Positions 24,804 through 39,674 are shown, counted from the first letter of the stretch. The stretch is 64,000 bases of DNA from Eledone cirrhosa (GCA_964016885.1 OZ024741.1:287184001-287248000); one strand, 5' to 3'. Program-made: numbers and translations. Notes: generated from the letters alone by a model not told the origin.

Positions 24804-24999
24804 TTGATATAGATGTGATTTACTTTGCTCCGGATTTTTACGGATTATTGTCAAAAAAACTGTGAGTTTATTGCTCAATTTAATAACATTGTTTAGTTTA
24901 ACCCCTTGCCTGGGCCGTCAGACGTTGAGTCAAGTAATTTTCGCCCCTTTCTGGGGCGAAATTTTCAATTTTCATCTCAAAACTGTAGACTTGGTGGCA

Positions 25000-26793
25000 A
25001 TGGATGCCATTTCCACCTCGCACACTGTCGTGAGTGCCATGCCCACTAAGAAAAGTGGTGTAGGGAAGGTAGGAGTACAAAGCTTGCAGCCTTCCCCCCT
25101 CGCATCATCGAAAAACGTGAAAAATATCGAAACCACGAAACCAAACCCGGTAAATAATACCAGCACCAACAACAAGAACAATGACAATAACACCACAACC
25201 AACAACAATAGCAACACCAAGGAAAACGTGAACAATATTACCAACAGTGACAGTAACAAAAAAGACAACAACACCAAAACAACATTCGCACAGTAAAAAA
25301 AAACGAACTATACACGCCAATAGACATAACAAATGCTAAACAACTATTACAAGACGCAAAACAATTCGTGACTTTTGGCGAAAACAGTGCTTTTAGCATC
25401 AATTCTCCACAGGAATTACGTAGAGAGGCTGTCCTGAAAACTGTGGTTTTCAGGACAATATCGAACGTAACAAGAAAACCAGCTCAATTATCACAAAATG
25501 AAATTAGGCTGGTTCTAAAAGATGCAATGAAGGACTTAACCTTCATACATAAAGGTAAACTGTTTGGTAGCATTTCGGTGCTAATGAACAACCAGTCAAC
25601 AGCTCAAAACTACTCGGTTACACCCATTGTGTCCCCTCGCTTCACCTTTTTCCCCACATACAGGGGAAAAAGGACACAAAGAATAAAAATAATGAGTATC
25701 ACACCAAATGTAAATATTTGGTGGATACTATGTGGAATCATTAACTTTGACGAAGACAAGATAATTTCAATAGGAAAGTCCTCCGGAGGTGTATTTGGTG
25801 GGACCACCGTAGAAGTTCTGGTGCAAATGAGCCCAGAACGAATAGCGAATATCCCACAACGCGTGCCTCTGGACGGGCTAACTTATATAAACATTTCAGT
25901 GGAGGGAAGGCGGCCGTCATGTTACCACTGCTTAAGGAGGGGTCACCTGAGGGCTGCCTGTCCTCAATTAACGAGTAAAAAAAGAAAGGCTCTTCTGCCA
26001 ACCCCGAACACAACAACACAACCACCACCACCACCACAACAACAACAACAACAACCACAATAACACGGAAAAATAACAATACAAAACACTGTTCCACCCA
26101 ACCCCTCCCCACCTAAAACAAATACAAAAGCAACCACAACAAAACCCCAAAATATACCCCTCCCCAACAACACGGAAGAGGACTCCGTATCAACGTTACC
26201 CAGTGACGACGAGGGAGAACCCTTTCAACAGGTGAAAAGGCAAAAAAAAAGGCACCACATTAACAAAAAATTCCACAAACACACAACCACCAGCACAAAC
26301 AGAACAAACATCACAAATAAAAAAACCCGCCCCTCCCCAAAACATAACACGTACTACAAAACGCAAACACGCACAAGAACAACAAACAAAAACAAACACA
26401 ACACAACAAAAACTATATACATACATTAACAAGAACAATAAAACGTTGATGAAAGCGATAGAAAACAACCCTTCGGTGGAAACCGAAGGGATCACTTTCA
26501 CCTACGCAGTGAACAAAGCGCACCTAATGATGATTAGGGTCCCAACGGAAACCTATGTAACTTTGAAAAAGAACCATCCAATGCATGTGGGGGCCAACTG
26601 CACCAAACCACTTAACAGCGTCCTATTGAGATGTTTCCCCACCCCCACACCAGACACCCACACCCCACCAAACATCCTAATCCCACCACACACTGATGTC
26701 CTCACCCCACCACAAACCACCACCCCACCAAACAACCCTTCCAACACCCCCATGGAAATTGTGCAGCCTGGTCCCCAGGAGACGAAGAGGTAA
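25000..26793 (+). pseudogene. ORF1 of copy 3 (stops/frameshifts)
   Basis: Pieces ending at 25296, 25368-26063 and 26446-26793; CYHCLRRGHLRAAC; ends PMEIVQPGPQETKR*. Confidence 0.85.
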
Positions 26794-26835
26794 GTAATTT
26801 CCTTTCCTCTTCCTTTTTACCTCTTCAGCACCAAC

Positions 26836-29800
26836 ATGGCCAATATAAGAGTTGGATGTGTGAATGCACGCGGCTTGGGGATGTCCTGGAAACAGGGCAA
26901 ACTCTTAAATGACCTCAGGTTGCACAGAGTGGATGTAATGGTTATTTGCGAGTCCAGGATCAGCAGCGAGCGACAACTGGCCCCCATCTTCGACGACTTT
27001 GAGATCTACGCATCTCTCTGTCAGCCGAGGAGTGGGGGTGGGGTTGTCGTTCTGCTGCGAAAATACCTGGGTCTTGCCACACAGAAGGTACACCTGGACC
27101 CGGAGGGCCAACTGGTGGTTTTAGACGTCGGCAGTGGTGAAGGTGGAGCTTTCAGGCTGGTGGCAGCGTGTGCCCCATCTAGGACACCGCGACCGGACTT
27201 CTTCCGACGCCTGGAGAATTTCCTGGGAACGTCTCGCTCCTTGCTTTTAGTGGGGGACTGGAATGGTATCCTGGATGCACGTTGGGACTATGTAGGGGCA
27301 TGTCCCGATAGAGGGGGGTGTAACAGCCTCAAACGATTAATCAGCCGATTTGATCTGGCCGATAGATATCGACTAGATTTTCCGACTGTGCCAGGGTGGA
27401 CGTGGAGTAATCGCAGCGGAACATCTAGGTCGTACCTAGATAGGATCCTAGTTAGAAATAAGGATAGGGACATATTAAGCTGTCCACGAATGATCATGGT
27501 TGACTATTCGGATCACAAGTTGGTGACCGGAGTGGTCAACCTTGATAGAACTCATAGACAGGGACCCGGTTACTGGAAGCTAAACTTGTCTTTACCGACA
27601 AACAAAGCTTACAGTAAGCGGATTAGCACACTAGTTAAGCAGCGTTTGACGGGTGCAATTGTCAACAACAGGTGGTGGGGCTCTCTCAAGAGAGAAATTA
27701 GAATAGAATCGATAGGTTTTAGTCGGGAATTAGCATCAGATAGGAATAGAACTGAAAGGGAATTAACAAATAGAGTAGAAGAGGCGATTAGGAGTGGCAA
27801 CGTGGCCGGCGTGCTGGCGTCAAGAACGGCCCTAGACCAGTTCTTTGATGCGAAGCACGAGGGCTGCGTTGTCAGGAGTAAAATACGTGCTCTGGGTAAC
27901 GAGGGAGCCAAAGCTGTTAGCTGGGCCCGAGTGACAGAGGCCAAAAGTGGAAACAAGTCCACGATTCGGTCTTTGAAGGACCAGGATGGACGCGTGATCC
28001 TTGAACCTGAGCGGATGAGCGCGGCCTTTCAACGGCGCTTTGCACGACTGTTCGGGAGGGGCGGTGGGCCGGGTGGGGCCATGGATTTCGGTCAATACCT
28101 CGACGGTCTGGCGCGGCTCTCGGACGGAGAGGCGAAGTCCTGCGAGAGGCTGATTTCAGCCGCTGAAGTAGGGGAAGCCTTGAGCCAATGCGGCAAACGC
28201 AAATCTCCGGGTCTCGATGGTCTACCATACCAACTTTATGTAGCGATGCCGGGCTTGTTCTCCGGTCTCCTTGAGGCGGTCTACTGCAACTGGCAACAGA
28301 ACGGGAGAATTCCCAGTTCTGTGACCAAGAGCGTAGTCACGCTGGTGAGGAAGGACGAGAACAAGGGGGATGACATAGATAACTTCAGGCCCATAACTCT
28401 GCTAAACACAGAGTTAAAGATTTTGGCCAAGGTGTTAGCGAAGAGGTTGGCGCATGTCGTCGCGACCCTGGTGGGAGAAGCGCAGACATGTGCAATCCCG
28501 TCCAGGTCCATACACAACAACCTCCACCTCATGCGATACATCGTAGAGAGGGTAGGGAACGAACTCGGCTTTGGTGGGGCCCTGATCAACTTGGATCAAT
28601 CTAAGGCGTTCGATAGGGTTGACCATCGGTACCTGGATGCGGTGCTCGTGGCGGCAGGCCTCGGACCCGTTTTCAGGGGCTGGATTGCTGCAATGCACAG
28701 CAGCAATACCTTCTCGAGGGTCAAGGTGAACGGCTACCTCTCGGAGCCGTTCCAAATCGCGCGATCCATTCGACAGGGATGCCCTCTCTCCTCCCTTATG
28801 TATGTGCTGGCTCTCGAGCCACTACTGCGGAAGCTGGAGCTGTTGCAGGGCATCACTTTGGAACCGGGATTGCGGAAAGCGGTGTCGGCTTACGCTGATG
28901 ACGTGACAGTAATGGTGTCGTGCACCTCGGAAATCGGGCAGATCGGCACCTTACTGGAGGAATATGAAAGGTTCACAGGAGCCAAGCTGAACCGGGACAA
29001 GTCCGTCGGTTTGCAACTCGGGACGTGGAGGGGCAAAACGATGCCCTCCGACGGCATCGTCGGACGCTGGACGGAGGGACCGGTGAAGCTGCTCGGGGTC
29101 TGGTTCGGACCGGACCTCCAGGTGGAGAAAAACTGGGACGAGGTAACGGGCAAGGTGTTTGCACTCCTCCAGAAGTGGGCCGAGTGCAAACTATCCCTGA
29201 AAGGTCGAGCGGAGGTGGCGAACGCTTATATAGCGTCCGTCATCTACTACCGCTTGACCGTCGTGCCTTGCCCAGAGAAAACACTCGCCAAAATGGAGCG
29301 CGCGCTCTTCCGATTTCTTTGGAAGAAGCGGGCTCCTTTGGTGAAAAGATCCATCTGCTGTCAACACCCTTCGAACGGAGAGCTGGGGATGCTTTGGCTG
29401 ACGATGCGTAGACACGCATTAAGGCTACGGCACCTCCAGGTATTCCTCACCGGTCAGCCGGTGTGGGCCTTGTTTGTGAGGCGAGCCTTTCCGAGACTCG
29501 TCTCACTCACCGAGCTGCAATCATGGGTCAAGCAAAGACCGAGAAAAGTGGGCGACTGGCACATTGAATGTGCCCAGGCGCTCACGGCCCTCTGGCAAGC
29601 GGATCCGGCAATCAGTGGAGACTCAACCTCAACATTCTATAGAGGGTTGGTGCGCAGTAAGTGCGACGACGCACGGAGAGGCTCTGGGCATGGAGGAAGA
29701 CGAACTGGCCAGTCTGTTCGGTAGGACGTTTGGCCCGGGACCGATGGACAACTTCCAAAGTCCCTGGCTTGGCAATGTTACCGAGGAGCTCTACCCGTTC

Positions 29801-30264
29801 GGGACAAGCTCTACAGACACAGGCGCCCGGGTAGGGACCCCTCGAAGATCTGTCCAAGATGCGTGCCTGACGAGGAAACCGTCGCACACGCATTCGTACA
29901 CTGCCCGGGCGTTGCTGACCTGTGGGGCTATGTAGAACGACTACTGTCGCGGGTGGGACCAATCCGGTTGACCACCGACATTGTCACGATCAAACCGCCT
30001 CCCCCTTTCAAAAACGAAGGAGAAGCGGTTTTCCTCTGTGTGATAGCCATGGCGAAAGAAGTTGTATGGTGGACAAGGTTGAAAGGGCTGAGGTCAGACA
30101 CCTTTCTCTCCGGCCAACAACTGGTCTTTTTTTTCAAGTACCACTTTAGAAGAAGGATCAGAATGGAGAGAGAGGTGCTCTACCCCAGCAAGTTTTATGA
30201 AAGATGGGTGAAAGTAGCGAGAATGGCCCGAGTGAATGGGCCTTCTCTCTATATCAGCCTGTAG
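26836..30264 (+). pseudogene. ORF2 of copy 3 (APE-RT-CCHC), frameshifted after ~29670
   Basis: 962-aa ORF plus C-terminal pieces 29564-29935 and 29863-30264, all homologous to copy 1 ORF2. Confidence 0.92.
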
Positions 30265-30769
30265 GTGAGAGAGGAGAAGAATGAGAAGAGGAAGGAAGCC
30301 CCCGCTCTTTGTGCTCCTGAAGAGGAGGGTTGCATATTTTTTCGGGGGTGTGTGCGACCCATGTCAACGCCCCTCCCTATTGAGGACATCGATTGTTAAA
30401 TTTAATTTGTTATATGTTTTTTACACGTCTTTTTAAATGTATGTAAACTCCCCTCTTTGTATTTGTCCCAATCTTTGATGCCCTGGTGGCAAATAAATAG
30501 AAATATATATTAATTACTACCAAACTCTCCCCCTCTCTATATCTATATCTATATCTCCCATCTATCTCTACATAACATGTACATAAATTGTAGCGCATAT
30601 ACAAATAGATGTGTGTTTTGATAGTTTGGAGAGAAAATATATAATCATTGGATGGGGTGCAGGGTGACCATGACCCCTAGTTCCACCGCTTCTGTAAATA
30701 AAGCACCAGTTCAGTGCTGGATTCAATGTTTCTTCTACATATCTTTCTCACACCTTTATTTCCTTCTCC

Positions 30770-30880
30770 GGAGAAAATCAGTTGTGTTCAGACCTAGAGA
30801 GGGGATGAACTCCGCCAGGTTTAAAATTCAGTATGTCACTATGTTGCCCCTACGATTCCAGCAGGAGTTACGGGTACATA
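30770..30880 (+). repeat. Dispersed SINE-tail-like repeat; related copies at ~37850-37970 and ~39870-39990
   Basis: AAATC.G(T/C)TGT.TT...AC.T.GAGAGG.G.TG...TC.GCCA.GTTTAAAA..TATGTCA.TA(T/C)G..G..CCTA(C/T)GA.TCC..C.GGAGT.AC. Confidence 0.65.
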
Positions 30881-32569
30881 CATAACGTGTTGCAAGCATC
30901 CGGGTTAGGTCTCTTGTGTGAGGATAACCGTCTCTCTCCATCAAACCAGTCACAGACACCCTGAGAAGGGTCATGCACACTGCCTTTACACCCTGAATTA
31001 AACAATAATAAAATCAGCAATCCTTGAATTTCTTATTTCCTCGTGTTTGTTTTTTAGACAGATTAGGGAGGACAATATCTTTGATCTTATTTTTCAAGGG
31101 CACCACATAATTTTTGAAGCAGAACGGAGGTGCAAACCAGTATGCATATGCTATTACAATAGGAACTAGTACATAAGGTATACTTTGAGGAAGATTAGAC
31201 TACCATTTCTATCATGAGGTTCCCCTTGTTAATTTGAAAGATTGCATCTTTGACTGGAAGGAATTCCTCGTTAGCTCGTTGATGGTTTTATTTTACTGAT
31301 AATGCATACTTTTAATTGAAGGCAGCTTGTCGAGGGAATTCAAATAATTTTGAAAAACTGTCAAGAATTTAGTACAAAATCTAATTTTCACAGTATTTAT
31401 CCGGTTTCTGAAATACAACTTAAATGTTCTTATATAAAATTATGATGGAAGGATTTTAGATAAATATAAACTTTGGGAATACTTTTGAGATCTTGTAAGC
31501 GGGGCGCAGCCCTTCTACCACCACGCCCTAGGCCCAGAGCCCAATCATCCTCTCCCTTCCCTCCTTTCCATTCAATGACATTAGAGTCCTTGTCATTCCC
31601 CCCCCCCTTCCCGTTTTTTTCTTTCTCATTCTCTTTTTTCTTTATATTTTCCTATTTTACATTCCATTCTTCTCAATCTAAATTTTTTTTTCTTATTCTA
31701 TTAAACTGTATTTACATGATATATTACATAAATAAAATCTCAGTACACGTTTTTTAAGCTGTAGTTTATATACTAGAAACAGGGACGGTTTCAGACGTTT
31801 TGGTATCAAATCGGATAAACTTGCAGTACAACCTCATATCATATAACACAAGGATTACAGATATTTTCCTATTGAATTGTGGTGTGATTGTCTCATGTCG
31901 ATTGACCTTCTAGGAATTCAGTTTTGGCTTGTGTTAGTGTGTATCTATGTGAGCATGTGCCTGTGTTAGTATGCATATATATGTAAATGTGTGTATACAC
32001 GTGTGTCAATGTGAGCATGCACATCTTCGACTATGTGTGTGTGCTTGTGTTAGTACCTGTATGTAAATTAGTCTGTGTATGTGAGTTATTGTGTGTATAT
32101 GTGTGCATCTGTGTGAGCTTGTGCTTCTGTTAGTTTGTGTATATAAGTTTGTGTATGCACACATGTTAGTGTGTATATGTGTAGGTGTGTGTATATGTGT
32201 GTGAGCATGTGTTTATGTAGTTATGTGTGTATATATGTATAGAACTTAGGTGTAATAATCAATTTTGAATACATCTTCATTAGCTAAGCCACAAAATCAA
32301 TAACAATCAACACCTTCAATCAATCAAAACTACGATGTATGCAATTATTTCAATTATGACACAGAGAAAAGTGTACCAATCTAAACTGGAGTATTCTAGT
32401 TATAGAAGTATAAGGATAATCGGATCTTTTCTTGTATCGATCCTATCGAAAATAATTAGTGATTTCTTGTTATAAGGCCACACATTTTGTTAGGAGGATA
32501 TAGCTAATTTATTGATTTCCAGTAGCTGATTGATACTTACTTTATCGATTCCCTGATGAGTGAAATACA

Positions 32570-32953
32570 TAATTATATTTCTAACATTGAGACAAGGCCA
32601 GCAATAAATGGGAAAGGAAAAGTCGATTATATCGACCCCAGAACAATGAAACTGAAAGTTAACCTCGCTGGCATTTGTAGTAAGAATGTAAGGTCCCAGA
32701 AGAAATAACGCATTTTTTTGAGGTTCTAACGTTTCTACCAATCTACCACCCAATAATAATAATAATTGTTTCTACTTTTGGCACAAGGCCAGCAATTACC
32801 CAGTACATTACTGGTACTTTATTTTATCGACCCCGTAAGGATGAAAGGTGAAGTTAGTCTCTGCTGGATTTGAACTCAGAATGACAAGGGCCGTAACTCT
32901 ATGCGTCAAAGCATAGAGTCCGATTCTCTACCAAATCTGCCAAACCACCGTCC

Positions 32954-32987
<34 letters not shown>

Positions 32988-33431
32988 TTTTCTTTATTAA
33001 CCACAAGGGTTTACATAAAGTAGACATTAAGGACAGTACAGGACAATACAGGACGGTACAAATGGGCATTTCTGCGTGTAAATAAACAGAGGATGTAATA
33101 AAATAACAAAGAAAAATTCCCCAATAGGGGGGAGACTTCCGAGGGACATTTGTGGAGAAAGCCCATTAAAAGACCACAGTGACCCTGACCACCAGGGCAA
33201 GTGCCCTCTCCCAGTTTCCCACCTTTAATTTAAAGACACATACTAATAATAATGGTTTCTTATATAGGCACAAGACCAGCAATTACCCAGTGTATTACTG
33301 GTACTTTATTTTATCGACCCCGTAAGGCTGAAAGGCAAAGTTAACCTCGACGGGATTTGAACCCAGATCGTAAAGAGACATAACTATGCTGGAAAGCATG
33401 GCGTCCGACCCTCTACCGATACTGCCAATCC

Positions 33432-33432
<1 letters not shown>
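32570..33432 (-). mobile_element. Cluster of three tRNA/Meta-type SINEs (~32570-32750, 32766-32950, 33253-33432)
   Basis: Minus strand has A-box TGGCAG..T(C/T)GG, B-box G(A/G)GTTCAAATCC and core CCTTTCATCC..GGGGTCGATAAA. Confidence 0.82.
32987..33240 (-). mobile_element. LINE 3' UTR fragment (Tx1-like terminus) next to (TAA)n
   Basis: Minus strand ends CCCTTGTGGTTAATAAAGAAA, like the Tx1 termini. Confidence 0.55.
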
Positions 33433-33478
<46 letters not shown>

Positions 33479-33479
<1 letters not shown>

Positions 33480-33836
33480 TTCTTTATTCTTGGCCACAAG
33501 GGCCGGATATAGAGGACAATACAAAGACCGGGAGATTAGAGGTTTACACTAAATCGCGTAAAAATGATAACAAAAACAATTAACAAAAAATATAAATGGC
33601 AGAATTCCACAATGGGGGATACCACCCAGGCGTAACATTAGGAACCCCACAATTCCTAAACCACCCTTATCTCTAAGAGCGCATCCTGGGAAGGTGTCCA
33701 TCTCTCTCTTAATCTTTCCAGCCTTCATGCGTATGGCCATCGTCGCAACAATCATCCACCTATTCACAAATGTACTGAGGAGCGGCATGTCCCCCTCCAT
33801 CCTCACCGTCCTTTCCAAGTGAAACTTGAAAAAGTT
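33479..33836 (-). mobile_element. Tx1-like 3' fragment of a different family, next to (TAA)n
   Basis: NFFKFHLERTVRMEGDM..FVNRWMIVATMA resembles the ORF2 C-terminus FFRYHFGRRIRMEREVL..FYERWVIVARMA; ends CCCTTGTGGCCAAGAATAAAGAA. Confidence 0.72.
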
Positions 33837-35599
33837 GATGTTGCTGTTATGTTGGCCTTTGTATTGCTGGTAGTGTTCTTTCCGATGTTGTTGTTATCGT
33901 TGCTTGTTGTGTTTTCGGCGGTATGGTATTTTAAAGGGACCCTTTCTTTTCTCGTGCTTAGTTGTGGGCAGAGATCCTTGAGTGGGGTTTTTGCCCCACA
34001 AGTATGATATCTTGGCTTTCAACCTTCCATGATTTATGGAAGGAAGGCGCCGTCCGCAAGATATATATTATATCGGAGATGGCTTCGATGTATTCTTGTT
34101 TCGTTTCGATAAATAGTTCTATCCCTAATCCGGACTAATTTTCTCTTATAATTTCATAACACCTCTAAAATAGTCACGAGGACAGAAGAGACCAGGTAAG
34201 GACGTTTGACTTTGTCGGTATTTGAACATAAAGAGTAAAGAAATAATCCAAATCTGATCACAGATCAGACATTCAGACAGATATAATACCCCTACCGTTG
34301 AACAGCGTAGATAAATAAACACACGTCTCTACATATAACATAACAATGTTTTAAACAATTCATCTAAAATAATAAAAGAAAGAAATTTTAATTACAATAA
34401 AAAAGATGTCATTCCGATTAAATGACAGTCCTTTTCAAATCCACACAATTTGAAGAACTCTTTCAAGCATTCAATCTGAAATTCTAAATTCCTTTAAATA
34501 ATTACAAACCACTATAAAAGACACAAAGTTCAATTATTCCAACCTTATCATTATCATTCTAAAAAGTATAAAGCATCTTCAAAATTCAAATATATTCATA
34601 TCTCAATTGAATAAATTTCTGTACAACACTCCAGACTTATTGTCCGTATCCGGTTAATATTTTTTCCTTAAACAAGAATTACAAGTAGTGATGCCCAAGG
34701 CTGTTGTGCTTTGAAAATATAATATTTCAGATTGAAATAAACTATTATATTATGATATAAACATAACTAAATTTCGACATGATAAGTAGTTATTCAGGGA
34801 TACATAGATAGATATATACATACATACATACACACATACAGAGATAGATACATATAAACATACATACATACATGCATACATAGTACATACAAACATACAT
34901 ACATAAATACATACTTACACGCACATACATGCTTAGATAATACATACACGTATACATATATACATGCATACATGGTGGCTGCCAACTCGTTTTCGAATAC
35001 GGCCACTACTTTATATCCATGTAGGAGAACCCCTACCGATGCGCTGAACGAGTGTGACTTTTTAGTCCAGCCAGCTACTTGAAAACTCTGGTACAAACAC
35101 TACACTTATGACAATTATTGACACATAGTGCTGGGCCCATGGTACCATGTGACGACAAGTGCAGAGATATCTCCAGATATAAAGCAATGCCGTGAAACTT
35201 TTATAGTGAACAAAGACACTGCACAAAGCCAGTCCCACTATCTTAACCAAGATGATATTTACCAAAAAGAAGAACAAGTCAACATCATTGGATACCATCA
35301 GGGTTGCAGGTGTTATATCAGTTTTCCTTCTCCTAGAATTCTGCCTTGACAAAGGCTAAGGGATCATCTCTCCCGGTGATTTTGGATGGCCATGACTCTT
35401 AAGAGCTCCTTTGCCCTTTGACAGGTTTTGTTTTTAGTCCTGCAGGATGTCCAAAGTCACCCTCCTCACCAAGAAACCTTGGTGGGGTTGCCAGTTTAGT
35501 CGCCAACAACCCGACCATGGGACATGCATACATACACTCATACATACATACATACATACTCGAAATTAAGAGAAAGAGAAACTTACATACATACATACA

Positions 35600-37225
35600 T
35601 ACAGTCTCTCTGTGATATTATTCATCTTGTCATTAAACCCCTTGTCCTTTCTGCTCAAGAAATGTGAGGGATACATCATTGGCTCACAGGAGGACAGAAA
35701 TACGAACCTAACCCATAATTTCTTTGTGGACGATCTGAAACTCTATGCCAAGAACATGGAGGGATGAAAAAAAATCTTGATCTGGTTACAACGTTCTCAA
35801 AGGATATAGGAATGGAGTTTGGCCAAGATAAATGCTCATACATGACTGTAAAGCGGGGAAAAACAACAACCCAATCTAGCAACATTGACATCAGTGGCCT
35901 AACTGTTTCACCGATATCTGATGAGGACTGCTACAGATACCTGGGGATAGATGAGAACATATCCTATAATGGTATCTGTAATAAGGAACGCGTAACCAGC
36001 GAATACTACACCCGATTAAGAAAGATCCTGTCATCGGAAATCTCTGCGCAAAACAAAACAGTGGCTCACAATGTGTTTGCTGTGCCTGTCCTAACACCAA
36101 CGTTTGGAATACTCAATTGGACGATAGACGAAATCTGAGCAGTTGATGTTGGAACTCGAAAAATACTTAACAACACCGGAAACTTCCACAACAACAGTGA
36201 CATAGACCGCCTTTACTTGAAACGTAAGCAGGGAGGCAGAGGCCTAACATCCGTTCAGACAACATTTGAATGTCGCATCATATCCCTCCGACAACATCTA
36301 CGAACCTCGAAACGTAGGAGCCCGTTTCTCGAGCAAGTCTATCTGATAAGATCATGAGAGTTGGGAAGGAACTCCTTGAGAGATATTCCCGGTGTGATAA
36401 TCAAAAGCTCACACCCAGGGAAGTCGCTCAGCAGTATCGCAGTGAATCCATGGATGAAAAACTGCATGCTTATCAGCAAAAAATCCTGAATGAATATGTT
36501 GCCAAGAAGCTCCAGAGTAAGAGTAATATAGATAAGGAAAGTAGTCTATCTTGGACCAACAACCACTATATTGGCTCCCACTTTGAAGGATATGCTTTTG
36601 TAATCCAAGAACAGGAAATTAACACGAAATACCTGATTCACAAAAGAGATGGGGATGCAGGCAAAACACCTAGATGTGATAACAAGTGCAGACTCTGCAG
36701 AACTAACATCGAGGATATCACCCATGTCATCAGCAGCTGTCCAAAGATGTCATCGCAGTACTATCTACCTATGAGGCATGATGTAGTGGCCAAAACACTG
36801 TACAATGCAGTTCGTAAAAAGGATAGCCCCGATAATAAACACATTAAAAGCTACAGCAATGTGGAAGACATCCATATACATAATATGAAAGAGTACTGGT
36901 GGAATGTTCCAGTAAAAACCCCAATAAAATGCTGGCATAACAGACCAGATATTATGATATGGGACAGGGAGAAGAAAGCATGCACAGTAGTGGAAATTAG
37001 CTGCCCAGCAGATGCCAATATAATATCAAAGATTAGCGAAAAGGAGAATATTTATGTAGAACTGATGAGAAATCTGCAGATACTCCACTCTGATTACACC
37101 TTCAGATTTATGCCTAGGCTTTACAGGGACAGAAAGAACACAACTAGTTAGGAAATTACAAGTACAATCTATTAATGGAACAGTAAAAATATGTAAAACA
37201 TTCTAAAAATGTTGCACCTAATAAC
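35600..37225 (+). mobile_element. 5'-truncated, decayed R4/Dong-like non-LTR element (RT C-terminus + CCHC + restriction-like endonuclease)
   Basis: FFVDDLKLYA, FGQDKC, YRYLGI, LYLKRKQGGRGL, CRLC..EDITHVISSC, RHD, RPDIMIWD..VVEISCP; begins next to (CATA)n. Confidence 0.82.
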
Positions 37226-38011
37226 TGCATATACACATGTACAGATACAAAGCATATACACATGCACACATACAACTCAAAACATCCACATCCACACATA
37301 CAATAACATCCATATCTACACAGGCATGAATGCATACATAATCTACCTAGTTGATGTGTAAATTCCAATGAGAGAGTCTTGTGTCTATGTTAGAAACCGA
37401 CTCTCTCTCTATTGGGAAAAAATTTGTGAAATTATAAAACCAGAAGAACATACATATATACATACACATATACATAAAATATGAACGATTAAATACAATA
37501 GTAGAATTAAAAACAACCTGACAGGAAAGATTACCCAAGTTGTGAACAACTTTAAATTTAATTCTGACAAAACTTCATCCAATCCTATAAAGAAGATCAT
37601 CGTCAATTTTGAAAAATAAATACGAATATCAATTCAAAGACAAAATCATCATGGCTAAACATATGTCTGCTTCGACCAAATCCTGACTACAATCGTTGTA
37701 TACAATGGAGCTACAATCTTAAAGATTTATATGAAGCATATATACACACTGGCCCCAGATAATTTGGTTAAATGCAAACGCTAAAAAATTTGTGGAATTC
37801 CAAACACCCAGAATTAGATTTATTCTCCAAAACATTTAAATGAACAAGCAAAATCTGTTGTATTTGGACATGGAGAGGAGATGGGTTCAGCCAGGTTTAA
37901 AACATGCCTTAGAAAGGCCATATGTCAATACGGCGTCCCTACGACTCCCTCGGGAGTTACCGGACGATTCATGCATGCACTCACTAAATATATACATAAC
38001 TATATAAATAA

Positions 38012-38725
38012 TTGTTTCTACATTTGGCACAAGGCCAGCAATTATCCCAGTACATTACTGGTGCTTTATTTTATCGACCCCCATAAGGATGAAAGGCAAA
38101 GTTAACCTCGGCGGGATTTGAACTCAGATCATAAAGGGCCGTAACTCTTTGCTGCAAAGAATGGCGTCAGACCCTCTACCGATACTGCCAATCCACCATA
38201 CAATAACGATTTAATCGACTTTTCCCTCTCCCCAAATTGTTGGCTTTGTGTCTAAATCAGAAGCCATTATTTACATAACTATATAAATAATGGTTTCTGG
38301 TTTAGGCACAAGGCCAACAATTTGGGGGGAGGGGAAAGTCGATTAAATCTTTATTTTATCGACTGCGTAAGGATGAAAGGCAAAGTTAATCTCGGCGGAA
38401 TTTCAACTCAGAATGTAAAGGGCCATAATTCTATGCTGCAAAGCATGGTGTCTGATGCTCTACCGATACTGCCAATCCACTGCCCTCATAACTATATAAA
38501 TAATAGTGATGGCAATGGATTCACAGAATTGTTAAAGTGTCGGACAAAATTCCATGTGGTATGTAATAACGGATCTTTGTTTTGATTTCAAATTGTGCAG
38601 AGGTCAACACTGTCTTTCATCCTTAAGTGGTCGATAAAATAAAATACCAGTAACACACTGGTATCAATTTAATCGACTCTCCCATCCCCCAAAATTGTTG
38701 GCCTCGTGCTTTAATCAGAAATCAT
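38012..38725. mobile_element. Cluster of Meta-type SINEs (38012-38200 -, 38291-38490 -, ~38510-38725 +)
   Basis: Same SINE consensus as above. Confidence 0.8.
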
Positions 38726-39674
38726 TATCAGCAACAGCATCACCACCACTACCATCATCATAAAAATTTAAAAAATAGGCTATAGATTAAATAGAAATTA
38801 AGCAGTGAAGTTTAACTACAAAAAAACATCGCAAATATAAATTAAATGTGAATTATCTCAGGGCTGGTTTTTTCACAAGTTAATAAAATTGTGCAATTAA
38901 AGATTTGAAACATTAAGATATTTAAACACAGTTAAAACGAAAATAGTAAATTGGGATCCGAATTCAAAATATTCAGCTTTTGTAAAAACAAATATATTGC
39001 CTAACTGTTAAAGGTAGAAACAAATTTTCAACTGAAAAATTTAAATCTAAATGTAAATTTTGTTTTTAGATTTAAAAATATATTTTATCTTGTATTAGGC
39101 GTTTAAGGCATAATATAGAGATTTTCTGAAATCCATTTATGAAGACTAATACGAAGAATAAGCGCATGTATATAAGAGAATGAAAAGATGAAGATGGCGA
39201 GGTCAACAACTCTAATAACAATTATTAAACCGTTATTTTATTAAATTATTAGACTGTTAAATCCGAGTAGCGGAAGTGGAATGGATTGTAAATTGCATTG
39301 AAAATATTTTTAGGTATCGATTTGTTTCAATTTGAGAGAAAAAAACCCAGCTTATAATTTGTAATTTGTAGAATAATATAAGATGGGAAATCTGGAAACA
39401 TGCGAGGATTGAGACGCCATAAGGAAAGCTAGAGAATGTTCAATAAACATGTTAATGTGAAAAAAGTAGTAGATGGAGGCAGGGGAGATAGAGAAAAACT
39501 AGGAGACTGTAGATTATGACGAAGATGGAGATTTGGGGAACGAGTATAGTCATGGAGAGAATGAGAATTCTAAAACTGATCATTCATTCATTTGTCTATT
39601 TATTTCAACTATCCGTTCATTTACATTCCTCTCTTCTTCCCTTTCTTTCTCGTCTTTATTCAATTAACTAATCC

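Larger units (their letters stand above)
24805..30504 (+). mobile_element. Tx1-like copy 3, near full length, mildly decayed
   Basis: 5'UTR homologous to copy 1; ORF1 pieces, ORF2, 3'UTR ending GGCAAATAAATAGAAA. Confidence 0.92.

Noticed and set aside
26790-26828. 39-nt GT..AG intron fusing ORF1 and ORF2 in copy 3
   Set aside because: Very short, and the acceptor AG is absent in copies 1 and 2; kept only as an alternative in the in-frame spacer finding
32766-33432. tRNA genes suggested by A/B boxes
   Set aside because: SINE heads; no cloverleaf
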